This document shows positions 1-12,560 of a stretch of DNA of 64,000 bases, one piece after another. The position numbers and the translations under genes are program-made. The stretch's first letter is position 1, and the number at the start of each line of letters is the position of its first letter. Source of the DNA: Moniliella sp. 'wahieum' (lineage: Eukaryota); the NCBI GenBank assembly GCA_003971905.1, contig RSEE01000006.1, positions 310,001-374,000 of the forward strand, in the 5' to 3' direction. Below the pieces are notes generated by a model. It was not told the origin of the DNA, searched no databases, and worked only from the letters and a program-made list of their open reading frames with translations.

Positions 1-1889
1 CCCGTGGCTCGGTCGGTGCCCTGGTTCCTGCGCCTGCACCATCAGTTTTTACCCAGGCAGCGTCACTTGCTTCTGTACCTTTTCCCAACCCTCGCCCGCC
101 CACGGATCAAAGGCCACCTCACTTGGCCCACGTGCCCTGTTGGGCCAAGAAGTGTTCGGAGCGGAGAAGCCGTGGTGTGGACGGGGCGACGCGACTTGGA
201 GCCGGAGGGGGCGTCGCGGCCTTGGCAGCAACGGGAGCGGGACGGACAGGCACGGTACGTCCCTCCCGTTCTTCCTCCTTATCCTTCTTCTTAGGGCTGC
301 GCAAGAGACGGGAAAGGAACTTTCTTTCTTGGGGGAGCCGGGAGCCGTATGGGGTGGGGTAGCCGGCCGAACGGGGGCCGACCGAACGGGACTAGCAGGC
401 CGGTGCGGTGAAGGTGTCCGTGTGGGTGCGGCTGCGATGCTGGTGGCGGTGCCAGCGGCGGTTGCCGCACATAGGCAGGCGGATTGGTCGGGGGAAGTAT
501 TTGCAGTCCTACCCGGAACGTTAGGTCACGGGCGTATTGCATCTCAAACTCTTGGCCCAAGAGCGTGGTCTGCCGAAGGGGAAAACGACGGTTGGTCTGT
601 ACCTTGTTCTTACCATTGTCGAGCCGAAGCTCAAAGTAGGTTTCAGCCTCGATCGGCAGCGATGCAGCCGCGGTAAAAAATCGACACGGAGAAACACTTT
701 GCCTGGGGGAAGCGGCGCCGACACGAGAGCCGAAGTCGAAACTGCAGCTGAAGCCGTAGACGGAGAGGCGGTGGCATCAGGCGATTCGGCGATTCCCATC
801 TGTCCCGTAAAAGTCAGTTCCTGCCACAAGGCAGGGGATCTCAACACGTACCATTTTGGTCGGGCTTCTCGCACGTGCAGGTGGACGGTAGGTATCGCGG
901 ATGGAGATCGTCTTTCGTTGGTGCATCTTATACTTGGGTCCTTGTTTCTGGATGCGGCTCAGCTCGCGTTGCAGGCCAAAGCCAAACTCTTTCTCAGCTG
1001 CGTCACCCAAACGGGGGAGGCTCGGTAGCTCGGCAACTGGTATCTGCCTTGTTTGTGTCTCAGGCAGTTGGACCTCGTCCATTTCGCCCTCCTCCAAATG
1101 AGCCGCTTCAGCTGGCATTTCGACCGTTTGAGGCGCCACTGTCGGTGGCTTGGCCGCGATTGGGGTCAACAACTCGGCCGAGCGGCTACACGGTGCCCGC
1201 CCTGCCTCCCGATGTGCCTCGGTGGGTTCATCAGCACGTCTGACACGAAAGAAGTGATAGAGGGAAGACAAAACTGGATGCGTCCTCGTCACCGTGCGCC
1301 CAGGGCAAGTCCAACCCTTTCCCAGCGTGCCCAAGCCCACCGATACACGCGGCGGGCGCGGGATCATGCGCTCGAGCGGACTGACGGGCGGTTCAAAGTG
1401 AGACACGCGGGAGGGACTAGGTTGGGGCGACCGTGTTTCCTCCCGCAGCTCGGGGACACGAGGGCGGGCCAGCATCGCGTGTGGCGTCCATACTGGTGTC
1501 CAAGGGAGGTGGCATGGGGCGACTGGGGGAATGGATGGGACGCAAGGGAGGGAAGAGGTCATGCGGGCAGCTTCTTCGTCAGCGGGTGTGCCATCGTCGT
1601 GGGACGCATCCAGTTGAGAGGAGAGGGAGGCGGTGCGATGAGGACGCCGTTGGCAGACCGAATGGGGGGTGGAGAAGTGGTAATGGACTGGGAAGAAGCA
1701 GTGGCAGAAGTGGCACAGCTGGACTCGAGATGGTACTCTTGCACGTCGTGTGTTTCGTCAAAAGTAACCGTCTTGCGACGGACCAGCGGGCGGTTGGTGC
1801 GGCGGCGGCGGCAAGGCAATGCCCAGGCCGATGCCGCGGGCTTGCGGGGGAGCCTGGCGCACCTGGAGCGCAGTCGGGTGGGTGGCCAT
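1..1889 (-). CDS. Hypothetical Pro/Ser-rich protein, running off the window's left edge; frameshifted
   Basis: ATG at 1889 (MATHPTALQVRQAPPQ...). Successive minus-strand ORFs 1559-1927, 777-1562 and 521-874 read as one low-complexity protein containing RRKTVTFDETHDVQEY. No family recognised. Confidence 0.45.
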
Positions 1890-3165
1890 GGGGATGGTGG
1901 GTGTGCAAGGGTGGTGTGTTCGCCCAAAGAAAAAGGAGGTACAGAAGTTTAGGATGGTGGCCGTGGGTTGGCGTAGACTCTACCAGGGGGTGGACTCCTG
2001 TGGACTCTCACACGTCATCTCATCGATCATCATGCATCATGCATCAAGGGTGGGGGCACTGAAATACTGAAATCGGCATCACGTGATGGGGAGCCGTCGA
2101 TATATTGCTCCACTGGGCCAGACTGGCGGGGCGAAGAGGGCAGGCCTAGCAGGGACTAGCGCAGTGTCGGCGCTGCCCCCCTCCGCTCCTTCACCACAAG
2201 ATCTCAGATGGAAAGCAGAAGATGCGAGGTCTACGAGCCAGTGTCGGGCCCCAACGACGTACTGCGTCCCGAGTACCAGGTACTGAGTGAGGAGTGAATT
2301 ATACGACGGCCTCACATGCACCCTGACCCAGCCCCAGCCCCAGTCTCTGCCCAGCTCCCAAACGCATATGTTCGCCCCCCCAGCACAGTCAGGATAAACC
2401 CCACCAGGCTTGGCAATATCCTGTCTGCCCTCTGCCCTCCGCCTTCTCTTTTTGGCATGCCTCGCTCACCACAGGTGCATCCTCTGGCTACAACACCTGC
2501 ATACACATTACTGCCCTCCCCCTGTTTTTGCATCTTGGCGACCATCCCCCTCTCCCCCCACGCGCACATTCATGACCGCCACCTCTGCTGCGATGTCCCC
2601 ACCAAAGCATGACAACGACAACGACGGGGAGCCAGGACCCGGTCTTTGAACCCGCTTCAAGCAGCGCTTGTCCCAGGGCACCCGTTAAGTGCGCGCTCCG
2701 TCGGCCAGAACCAGATCGATGCCTATCGCCAACAACAGCTCCACCTCGATCCTCGTCCGGTTTTCCTGTGCGCCATCGAGCTCTCCGACACGCTCGACTC
2801 CAAGTCTCTGGGAACTGAGCATGCGGTCGGGGGTACCACCGGGCTGTCCCGTGTGCTCCAACCTCGGTGACGCCCATGTGGATCAGCGCAGGTGGGTCGA
2901 AAGAACCAACCGTGAGCCAGTACCCGTGGTCCCTTCCATTGATTCCAAAGTGGCGACGGTGCCTACTACAGGTACACACAACAACAGCCTCGTTTAATGA
3001 AGGGCCGGTGCATGGCTCTCCTTTAACCGAAGCGCCCTCTTATATCTCCTCCCGGGATGCTCCCCACGGGAGAAGGTAAGGTAAGGGTATATGTGGGCGT
3101 GGTGATCTCAACAACCAACAGCCTAGAACATTGATCACCGCCGCTTTGCATTCTCTCTGTTATGT

Positions 3166-3334
3166 CGGACCTCTAATTCCTTCCCCCACAAAGCGTTCTT
3201 GTTGGCACAAAAGGCTCCTCTACTTTGACGGGCCTCTCCCTCATTTCCTTTTCGGACCTTTCATGGTTCCCTTTTATTAATACGGATCTTTTTTCTCACG
3301 GACCTTTCCCTACGGACCTTTCCGTGACGGACCT
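3166..3334. repeat. Cluster of seven CGGACCT-like motifs in intergenic DNA
   Basis: CGGACCT at 3166, 3253, 3299, 3313 and 3328; variants CGGGCCT at 3229 and CGGATCT at 3283; all in the same orientation. Confidence 0.7.
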
Positions 3335-4939
3335 ATTTCTCTTCCGGCTCTTTGATCATTTCTACTGCCTTTTCCTTCCTTCGGCTTTGCAGACGCCCTG
3401 TAAATTGATTTTGGGCGCACGTAATGTATAATGGACAAACCCTTGGATGGTCAATCGGAGCCACGTACTATTACGTTAGGTCCTGTGCTTCATATCCTGG
3501 TTGAACCGAGCCGCGTCGAGGCAAGAGAGAGAGCCCCTAGTTTGGGTGACTGTCTGCGTGCAAAGGCCGCAGTTCAGATCCGAGGTAGGTGCCGCGTACG
3601 TAGGTCGTCAGACCAATTGAAAAGGGGCCAAGGAACTCCGGGGTAACGCGGTAATAATCAGACGGTGAGTCCTAATGAAGAGCACCAAGCGCTACTGAGA
3701 GTAACCGCGGTTCGCAGTGTAATCGACGTGCGTCGTAAATTCATAAGTGTGGTAGAAGGCGGAATATAATGTGTAACTGTTGGGTGAACATCAGGAGGGA
3801 CAGGGACAGGATGGTCGATAAGAACCACAGTTAGCAAGCCTTTTTTTAGACAGGGCTGCTTATATACAGAAGGAACCAGGCCACGAGTGCCTCATGGCAG
3901 GTATAAACAACAGAATGTAGGGATCTTTCCAGAGAGGTAAGACTAACGCCCCGTGCTCTAAAAGGCGCTGAACCTGCGTGCCTAATCGGGCGCAGCAGGA
4001 AGGGCTCTGCCAAGACTGGACTCGATGAGATCGATGAGCGCTGAGCCTCAGCTCTCAGGCTGAGCACAAAAAGCATCGCACCACAATGCGCCCATGGCGG
4101 GGCCGCGGATGATATCCGCAGCATGGATAAGGTGTCCGCAGGCTCTCTCTCGCCAGTCTAACGGGACTGACGTGTGTTTGGACGAGATGTCCACGACATA
4201 CGGGCTCAGCGTCCTGAGATAACCGGAGCGCCCGTAACACGTTTTGTGTTTTGCTTCTGTTTGTGCTGTTGTCAGAGACTCTTTTCAGAATATATTGCCC
4301 TCGTTGTGGCGTTTCTTTCTTTCGTCAAGGCAGCTCTGCTTTTGCACATGGTGTTGTTGATGCAATTCATGACTGCGTGGTGATTGCGTTGTTGTATAGA
4401 CGGGAGGAACACAGCTTAGTTGGTTGGCAAGAAATGGAAGAACAACGCTTGGCTGGCTCGCCAATTTATATTTGTCCCTCTAAATTCAATAGTGTGGCAG
4501 ACACTAGTCACTAGTAGTCACTAGGCACTAGTCAGCTATAGTCCGGCCGTACTGTGAAAAAAAAGCATGTGCGCCCCACGGGCACAAACCGACTTGAGGA
4601 AGCAGATGATCGATGACGCCGAGCCCGATGAGTTCGGGGTGGCCCCCTCGTCCATCGAGCCCTCGGTCTGAGGCTGGGAGCGCCGGCAGAAGAAAAATTC
4701 ATCCGCTGGGCAGCACGGGGCAGCCGAACTTTAGGGCCCGTTCGATCGGACCAGTGCAAATCACATCACCCACACTCACGGACTTCCGCCGACCCGCCGC
4801 CTGCCGCCACACTTGCTCCGCGCAGAGGCTGTGCTGCTGAGCTCAGCCACCAGCCCGCAGTGGCTGCTGGGCAGAATGTTGGTGGCGGCCGCGCAAAGGC
4901 TCCCACCACCACCTCCTTGTCTTCTGCCGCTCGCCCACC

Positions 4940-7721
4940 ATGGCGTCTTGCGGCGCACCGGTGGCGGTGGCCACGTACTACCACACCTCCCTCATCACCC
5001 ACACCCTCTCCGCCCCATCCTCTCCTGCCCAGACGTCTGCCGCGCCGAGCAGCAGCTCGTACGTGTCCTTCTCTTCCTCCCCTCCCCTCCCCTCCCGCCA
5101 GCAGCTCGCTGACTCTGCCACCCCTCTTCCGCTTTTCCTCCGCTCCTGCATCCACTCCGGCCTCCGCTTCTGCCTCCGCTTCTGCATCCACTTCTGCCTC
5201 CGCGTCTGTCCCTGCGTCCCTTCACCTGCATCCACATCCACCCCCACGTCGTCTGCTCCCCCCACCTCCACGCGCCCCACATCCATCCTTGGCACCTCAT
5301 CTTCCCCCACCTCCAGCCAGCCCACCACGTCGTCCCAGCACACCACCTCCGAGCAACCCACGACTTCGTCCCAACCCACAACATCGTCTCAACCTACAAC
5401 TTCATCCCAACCCACAACATCGTCCCAACCTACGACATCGTCCAACCTACGACCCGTCTCAACCTACATCCTCGTCCCAGCCCACCACCTCATCTCAGCC
5501 CACTACCTCGGAGCGACCCACAACATCGTCTCAACCCACGACATCGTCTCAGCCCACGACGTCCAGCCAGCCCACTACCTCGTCTCACCCCACTACGTCC
5601 AACCAGCCAACTACCTCGTCTCAACCCACTACGTCCAGCCAGCCAACTACCTCTCAGCGTCCTACTACTTCTCAACAGCCTACCACTTCGCATCAGCCTA
5701 CCACTTCGCAGCAGCCCACCACTTCGCAACAGCCAACCACTTCACAACGTCCCACCACATCCCAAGAGCCTACCACATCCCAAGAGCCCACCACGTCCCG
5801 GCGGCCTACCACGTCCCAAGAGCCTACCACCTCGCAACAGCCCACCACCTCGCAACGGCCTACCACCTCGCAACAGCCTACCACCTCACAGCGGCCCACG
5901 ACCTCTGTCCAGCCTACCTCGACCCCAGTACCGGTGATGGGGATGGCAGTGGGAATGGAAATACCTCTGAGGAGAGGAACGACCTCAGGCGGCAACGGGG
6001 GACAAACATCTAATGGCAATGGAGGAGACACTACTTCCGATGGCAACGGGGGGCAGACGTCTACTCGTGGGGAAGCGGAGACCGAACGTCTACCGGAGAT
6101 GGCACGGGCAACACCTCCGCTGACAATGGCGGAAGCTCGGGGCGGGTCCAACACAACAATGGTTCGGGTTCAGGATCGAACAACAATAATCGTCGTGCTC
6201 CTGCACCCACTCCCTGGCTTGGGGCCCGCCGGACTGTTCAGATTAATCCGCGGGCCGACAGTATTTCTGTTGAGACCACCTTGGTACCGTATACCACGAT
6301 CTTCTCTACTCCCTCCTGCACTACAGTGAGCGGGCAAATCGTCACGGAAACCCTCACGGCGTCAGCTGCACTTCCCTCTGGCGCAAGTGTAGAAACACTT
6401 ACCTCGGTCGTTGTTGTCCCCGGAACGACTATTCCTGGGGTCACAACGATTAATCCCTCAACCGAGGTTGACCTCTACAGCCGTCGTCGTGGATGGTGGG
6501 GGTGGTAAGGGTGGAAAAGGTGGCAAGGGAGACCCACAACAGGGAGGGCTTGCCGATGGCGGTAGTGGGGGCAATGGGAACCACTCTTCAAACGCAGGTG
6601 CGATTGCGGGTGGCACGGTGGGCGGAGTGCCGGGGCTGCGATCCTCTTGTTGCTTTTGCTACTTGTTTGGCGTAAGCGCTCGCGCAACCGCATCGCCGAT
6701 GCCGATGCTGCTGCCCTGGCCAACTTCGATGATAAGGATCAGCCCCGTGGACCGTTTGGTAAGGCGATCGCCGCCCTTGGCTTCCGTCGCCCACATGCAC
6801 GGTTAGACCGTCTCTTTGCTCCTGCGGGTGTTACGGGGAGTTCAGGGCATGGCCACGACCCCTACCTCGACGAGGAAGAGGATGAACCTGGCACGGGAGG
6901 CCGGGAAATGGAATCTACGGCGGCTGCACCTGCTGCTCACGGAGCAAATGACGTTGAGGCCAACGTATCGGAACCCCACTGGAGTGCACTCTATGGCCCC
7001 GGCGCCGATCCATACAGTTCCGAGGGCCATTACCCCCAAGACCCGGCTTTGGCTGCGCAGGGTCAGCAGCTGGGAGAGTATGCTGGCTGGAATGGAGACG
7101 TGGGTGCAGAGCAAATGTATGGGCAAGGTAACCCGTATACTGCCGGGCAGTACTACCCTCCCCCAGTCAATGGCGACCAGACGCTGCCTTCCTCGCTTCT
7201 GCTCCTGAAGCACAAGCAGGGCCGTTTGCCGATCCTCAGTATGGGGCGGTCCCTTCGCACGAGTCGCGCTCTCCCCACTCACTGGACCACCTGCTGGATC
7301 GAGACGATGGGCTAACCTCGTTAGCGCAAGGGGGCATCTCCCTGACTCTGACCGGCCTGGGGCAGCCCCCGCGTCGCTGTCGGGGAGTTTGGTATCGTCT
7401 GTACCGGCCGACAAGGACGGGTAGTGCAGCCGTCTGCGCCCCCTCGTCCTTCCATCCTCCCTCGGGCGATGCAGCTCGATGTGTTTCGCTGACAGCGTCC
7501 ATCTCTGACTTGGACCACCACTCACCGCGGGAAAGTATGTTGCTAGCGGCTCTCATTCCCATTCCCATTCCCACTCCAACTCGGACACACGCGACCCCTT
7601 GGACTCGACCCCAGCCGCCCTGGCGCAATCCGAGCGTTCTGCGTTGCTTCCTACCTCGAGCTCGGCCTCGCCTCCGGGCTACGACCACTATCCAACCCGC
7701 TATGGCCACTTGGACCACTGA
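4940..7721 (+). CDS. Mucin-like single-pass membrane protein (Mid2/Wsc/Skg6-type architecture) with SQPTTS repeats
   Basis: Long Ser/Thr/Gln/Pro ectodomain, then NAGAIAGGTVGGV...LLLLLVWRKRSRNR (transmembrane segment plus basic stop-transfer, ~6590-6690), then an acidic/Tyr-rich tail ending PPGYDHYPTRYGHLDH*. Several frameshifts; start uncertain. Confidence 0.7.
5310..5920 (+). repeat. Coding 18-bp tandem repeat (S-Q/E-P/Q/R-P-T-T-S type hexapeptide), roughly 30+ copies
   Basis: Repeated TCG/TCC CAR CCN ACN ACN TCN units with synonymous third-position variation. Confidence 0.9.
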
Positions 7722-8131
7722 TTATGCCCCAATGACCATGCCTTTTCCCCTTTTGCTTTTCATGTTGCGTACTGTTCCGCCTCGCTTTTGCACTTCTCGT
7801 CTCGCCTCTGTCTATTCTGTCCTGGGGTCTGTTCGTGTTTATGTCATCGTTTCATCTTTGCCGCCAATGCTACTTGGTCTGCTGCCTCTTCTTCTGCCGA
7901 CAGACCATGTTCTGTTCCCAAGGTTATGCTATCCACAGGTCGTCCATCGTTTCTCCTAGTAGTTACCGCCTTTGTACATTTGCGTGCTTCTTCAGAGAGT
8001 GCATGCATAGTGAAAAGATACCAGGAAGATGGGAGGAATACAGAGGCAATCATGCGGCCTTGCACAGGCCTTTTTCGGAGCGGTAGGGAAAGGGAAAGGG
8101 AAAAAGAGACAAAGAGGTAAGGGGAGGAAAG

Positions 8132-11100
8132 CTAAGCGTCGTCGTCCGTATCGGGCTCGCGCTCGCCGCCTCGATGAGCCACTTGGCTTACGCAACCGGC
8201 GGCGTTCTTCCTGTGCCTTCTTCTCGTTACGGGTCATCTTTTTCTTTTGGGAGCCTTGGCCTTGAGCTTGTCATGTCGTCTCCCTTCTCCTCGTCACTGG
8301 GGATCGGGGTGCCATGGCCGAAGGGGCGGCGAGGCGAGCGGAGTGCCAGCCTTGCTGGCCAGGCGGCTGGCAGCCGGGGTGGTCAATGGGGGTGGTGCCG
8401 TCGGGCGTTTCGGCGCCTTCCTCACCAAGCGCGAATCGTCAATCGCAACCTTGGTCTTGCTTGTGATCTGACCATTGTCCACGTTCCAGATCTCCGAGCA
8501 AAGAGCCGTGACAAACTCCATGTTGTGGCTGATCAGACCACCGCGCCCGACCACTCCTTGATTGCGACGGCCAAGCCACCGAGCGTGTCGCGGTCCAAAT
8601 AGTTCGTCGGTCGTCCAGCACCAACACTTGGGGCTTGTTCCACAGAGCGGCAGCCAGCACCACCTTGACCTTTTGACGCCGGACAGGCCCGCCATCTGGT
8701 GGTGCTCGCAATCTCGCCGTTCAGTCCTACTGCCTCGAGGTGCTTGCGGATCTCCTTCTGGCTCAAGTCGCGGGCACCGCACCCTCACGAGACGACTCAA
8801 AGTCGTCAAATTGCTGTACGAGCTTGGTAAAGCCCAACTCAATCAGCCGCTCGCGCGGAATCCACGTGTTGAACTGTGCTGCAGGACCCTGCCATTTCAC
8901 CTCGTACTGGAACGATTTCTTCAACTTGGCCCGCCCCACCAGGAAATCCACCCGCCGCGTCTCGCCCGTCTTGCTCGTGATTGGCACGGCCATCTGCGCT
9001 CCTCCTCAGACGTCATCTTGCGCGTCGCCTTCTCCGTCAGCTCGCGGTCCGAGCCAGACTGGAAACGCCAGTAATGTATTGGATCGGAGTCTTTTCCAAG
9101 TGCTGCTCCAAGTGGTGGAAGGCATGCTGGGCCATCATGGCCACACGCAAAGCCGGGTGCTTTTCCACCTTGCCCTCTTGCGGCACCACCTCCCCCGTCA
9201 AGCACTTGATCAACGTCGACTTGCCCGCCCCGTTGGGGCCCAACACACCAATCCGGCTCGACAGGCTAACAGCGGCCGAGGCGTGCGAGATGGAGGGCTT
9301 CTTCATCCCTGGGTAGGTATACGTCACGTCGGACAGTTTGAGAATGGTGCGTGTATGGCTGCGCACACCCATCAGGTGCCCTGGCTCGGGGAAGCTGAAC
9401 TTGACAACCGACGCGTTGAGCGAGTAGAACGTCTTGGCCTCGGGCTTCTTCTCGACAAAGTCGGACAGGTTGCCCTTGTAGTACTTGATTTTCTTGTTTT
9501 CGTAGTGCATAATGTCCGTGCACACATTGTCCAAGAATCCCGAGTCGTGGGAGACGGTGAGGACAGTGATGTTTTGTTGGACACGAGGTAGTTCTCCAGC
9601 CAGGCGACCGAACCGACATCCAAGTGGTTCGTCGGCTCATCTAGAAGAAGAATGTCGGCACCCACCAGCATCGCACGCGCCAGCTCCAACTTCATCTTCC
9701 ATCCACCCGAAAGAGCCAACGGGATGCGTCTGGCGCTCATCGTCAAACCCAACGTCCCGCAACGCCTGCGCCACCTCGGCCTCGGGCTTGCCTTCAATCC
9801 CCTTGGAGTGCAGCACAAACGGCAAGATTGGCACACTGCCATCTTCGCCCTGCAGCGAGTGCTCCACCATGATCGTGCGCAGCACATCTTGGGTCGGGTA
9901 TCCCTCCACCTTGCCGTCCCGCATGGCCTTGAGCAGCGTCGACTTGCCCGATCCGTTCGTGGCCACAATACCGTAGCGGTGGCCACGGTGCAGACGCAGG
10001 GTGGTGGTTAAGCAGAAGCAGACCACCGTACGCAAGGGAGAACTGGATGTTGCACAACTGCTCCCCCTCGATATCTTCGTCGTCTTCTTCCTCTTTGCCG
10101 TACTTGGCCTCGTCCAAGGCAACGTAGTGCTTGCGCAGCGCATCGCACACATCCTCGGCCTTGGCGGCGTCCCCCAAAAGACGCCGCAACACGGGCAGGA
10201 CATAAGTTTCCTTCCATGCAGCCTCGTACACGATCCGCTTGGCCGACAGACGTGCAATCACGTTGGCCAAGTACTGGATCCCAACCTGGGCCCACTTGTC
10301 GGCCGCCAGCGGGCCTTCCGGCATGACTGGCGTCAGCTGGGCCACGATCGTGTCCACAGCTGCCTTTTGGGCTTGGGCAAACTCCTCGGCTTTGCTCTCG
10401 GGCCCTTCTCGGCTCCAGCACCTTCCAGGTCCTTCAGTGCAGCATGCAACGTGTCCAGCGCTGACTTGGCGTGTTCCCGTACCTCCGGGAAGGAGGCCGT
10501 GTCGTAGATCCGCTGCACGCCAGGTGTGAGAGCAGGAGGAAACGTGCGGCCTCGCGTGGGTCGCGCACCAGCTTGCACAGGTTCTCAACCACAATTACCG
10601 TGCTGCGCTGCACGGTCTGGTTGCGCTCGTTAAGCGCACGCGACAACAGCGGTACCATCACCGCCAATGCCGGGCCCGTCACCTCGGCCACAAAGGTGGT
10701 CGAACTCAATTTCTTGATGCACTGCGGCACCGTGTCGGGCTTGTTCATGCACCCCACCAAGTCGGGGATGAAAGGGCGGAGATCGTTGTTTTCCAACGTG
10801 TTCTGGCACACCTTGGTCGCCGTCTTGACAGCCTGCTTAGAGATCTGGAGGACGGAGACAGGATAGGGTTAGGACAGGTCGATGGAGGAGGCCAAAGGAA
10901 ACAGGCTGAACATACCTCGGCCTTGGTTTCGTGCATTGAGTGGGTTAGAACAGGAATCAGGTCTTCCAGCACCTCACCAATTTGTTCCGAGTCGGCCTCA
11001 GACAGGCGCGAGAGCAACTTTAGCGTTCCCACTTGGTCTGCCACTTGGGTGCACCGTCCTTCAAGATCGAGTAGAGGCGGGTGAGCACGTCGGGTGCGCC

Positions 11101-11678
11101 CTCGGGGGGCACAAGAGACAAGGGCCGAAGTGGCATGTTCGGCCGCCTCACGGACCGAGTCGGATTTGTCAGCGTACAAGTCGAGGGCGGGCGGAAGCAG
11201 GTCCATCAGCCACGGCTCGGCACCCAGCGCAAACGGTTCAGCGTTCTTCCCCGCACACTTGTAAGCAATGGTCTGCAGCGCAACTGCCGAAGCCTCGCGC
11301 TCCAGCGCCGACTTTTTGTTCGTCGAGGCAGCCAGGAGGAGGCAGTGATCCCCTCGGCGTCGAGGACGCGCAGTCCGCGCTCGTTGATGTAGGCTGCCAG
11401 AGCATCGGCGCCAACGGGGCCTCCTCGGACGAAGCAGTGTAAAGCGTGCGGAGCAAGGGTTGGACCTCGGGCGCAGCAAGCTCAGCGGCCTTGCCATCGC
11501 CCTTGGGATCGGCCTTCTTGGGAGCAGCAGAATGCGCGGCGCCGGCGCGGGAAGGCTTGGCGGTCGCCGCCGCCGCACTCAGTGACCCCCCACGGCCGCT
11601 GGAGTGGATATGCATCCCTCCTCCCTGGGGGTTGAATGAGGACGCGCTCGCCGACAGAGGCTTGCTGGGAGGCGCCAT
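8132..11678 (-). CDS. NEW1: eEF3-family ABC-F ATPase New1/Elf1 (HEAT repeats, two ABC domains, chromodomain insertion)
   Basis: [22 protein letters not shown] (HEAT); [48 protein letters not shown]; chromodomain YEVKWQG; New1-type C-terminus [17 protein letters not shown]...DTDDDA*. One intron ~10846-10914; many indels. Confidence 0.9.
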
Positions 11679-12083
11679 GGGGGTGGAGGTGGAGGTGGAA
11701 GGGTGGAGATGGGGAGCACGGGTGGATGGGTTCCCTTTTTTTTCGTTTCCACGCCGGCCGCAACGCAAAAAATTTCAGCCGACACTGGCGCTGCGCCGGG
11801 GAATGCCCCCGTGCCCCTGGGCGCCTCCGCACCGCTCCGGCCAGCCGGAACGCAATCTGAACCAACCGGCAATCAGTCACCAGTCATCGCCAACCCTCGG
11901 ATCCTTGCGCCCACGCGCTTTTTCCCATCCCGCCTCCATCTACTTGCCGCATTTCCTCGCGTCTGCCTTCGCTCATCGACCCTAACGAGCTGGGCTGATC
12001 TATATGCGCACATCGCTTCCGCACCATCCTGTGCATACGCCTTTGCTTTGCCCCTCATCGAAAAAAGCACCGTCAAAAACGGT

Positions 12084-12560
12084 TTAGGTCATGCGCACCA
12101 ACTGCGCCAGCTGAGCGCGGACCCAAGGTGTGTCCTCCAGACGGTAAACAAACGTCGACTGGTTAACGCCGATGCATGTGCGCTCATTGGCCAGCTGGTG
12201 CACCAGATGCACGCCGGCACCCAAATCCGGATCAGTCTTGCGTACACGCACCTGTACTGGCTCCATGGCGGGGGTGGTGAACTGGAAAACGTAGGTGTAG
12301 TACTCTGACGACATCTGCCTGTCCTTTTTGTGATGGGGACCGTGTCTGTTTCCTGGTCAGCGTCTGCGCCGGTCACCTCTCCCTTCGTGGTCAGCCCGGT
12401 CAGCGTCTCGTCAGCGTTGATTCGTGGGTATACGCCATCAGGCGGTGGCTTATTGTATCCCTGCTTGGTGGGGATATGGCCTGGAACCTCGCCTGAGAAG
12501 GAAGCGATGGACCTACCCGCCTGCCTGATTCAACGATGGAGCCAACGGACGAGGCAGGGA
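12084..12560 (-). CDS. Hypothetical protein, fragmentary
   Basis: Protein-like minus-strand stretch (...INADETLTGLTTKGEVTGADADQETDTVP / MSSEYYTYVFQFTTPAMEPVQVRVRKTDP...). No family recognised. Confidence 0.3.

Noticed and set aside
2316..3079. Possible gene in GC-rich ORFs
   Set aside because: No recognisable motif or consistent frame on either strand.
5310..5920. CRISPR-like or satellite array
   Set aside because: No spacers; the 18-bp units vary at third codon positions, so this is a coding repeat in eukaryotic DNA.
8790..8960. Chromodomain as part of a chromoviral integrase
   Set aside because: It is the chromodomain insertion in the second ABC domain of eEF3/New1.
8132..11678. Programmed frameshifting or pseudogene status for NEW1, CSE1, VHC1 and others
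   Set aside because: Shifts are numerous, scattered and lack slippery-site context, and residues remain conserved. Sequencing error is the simpler explanation.
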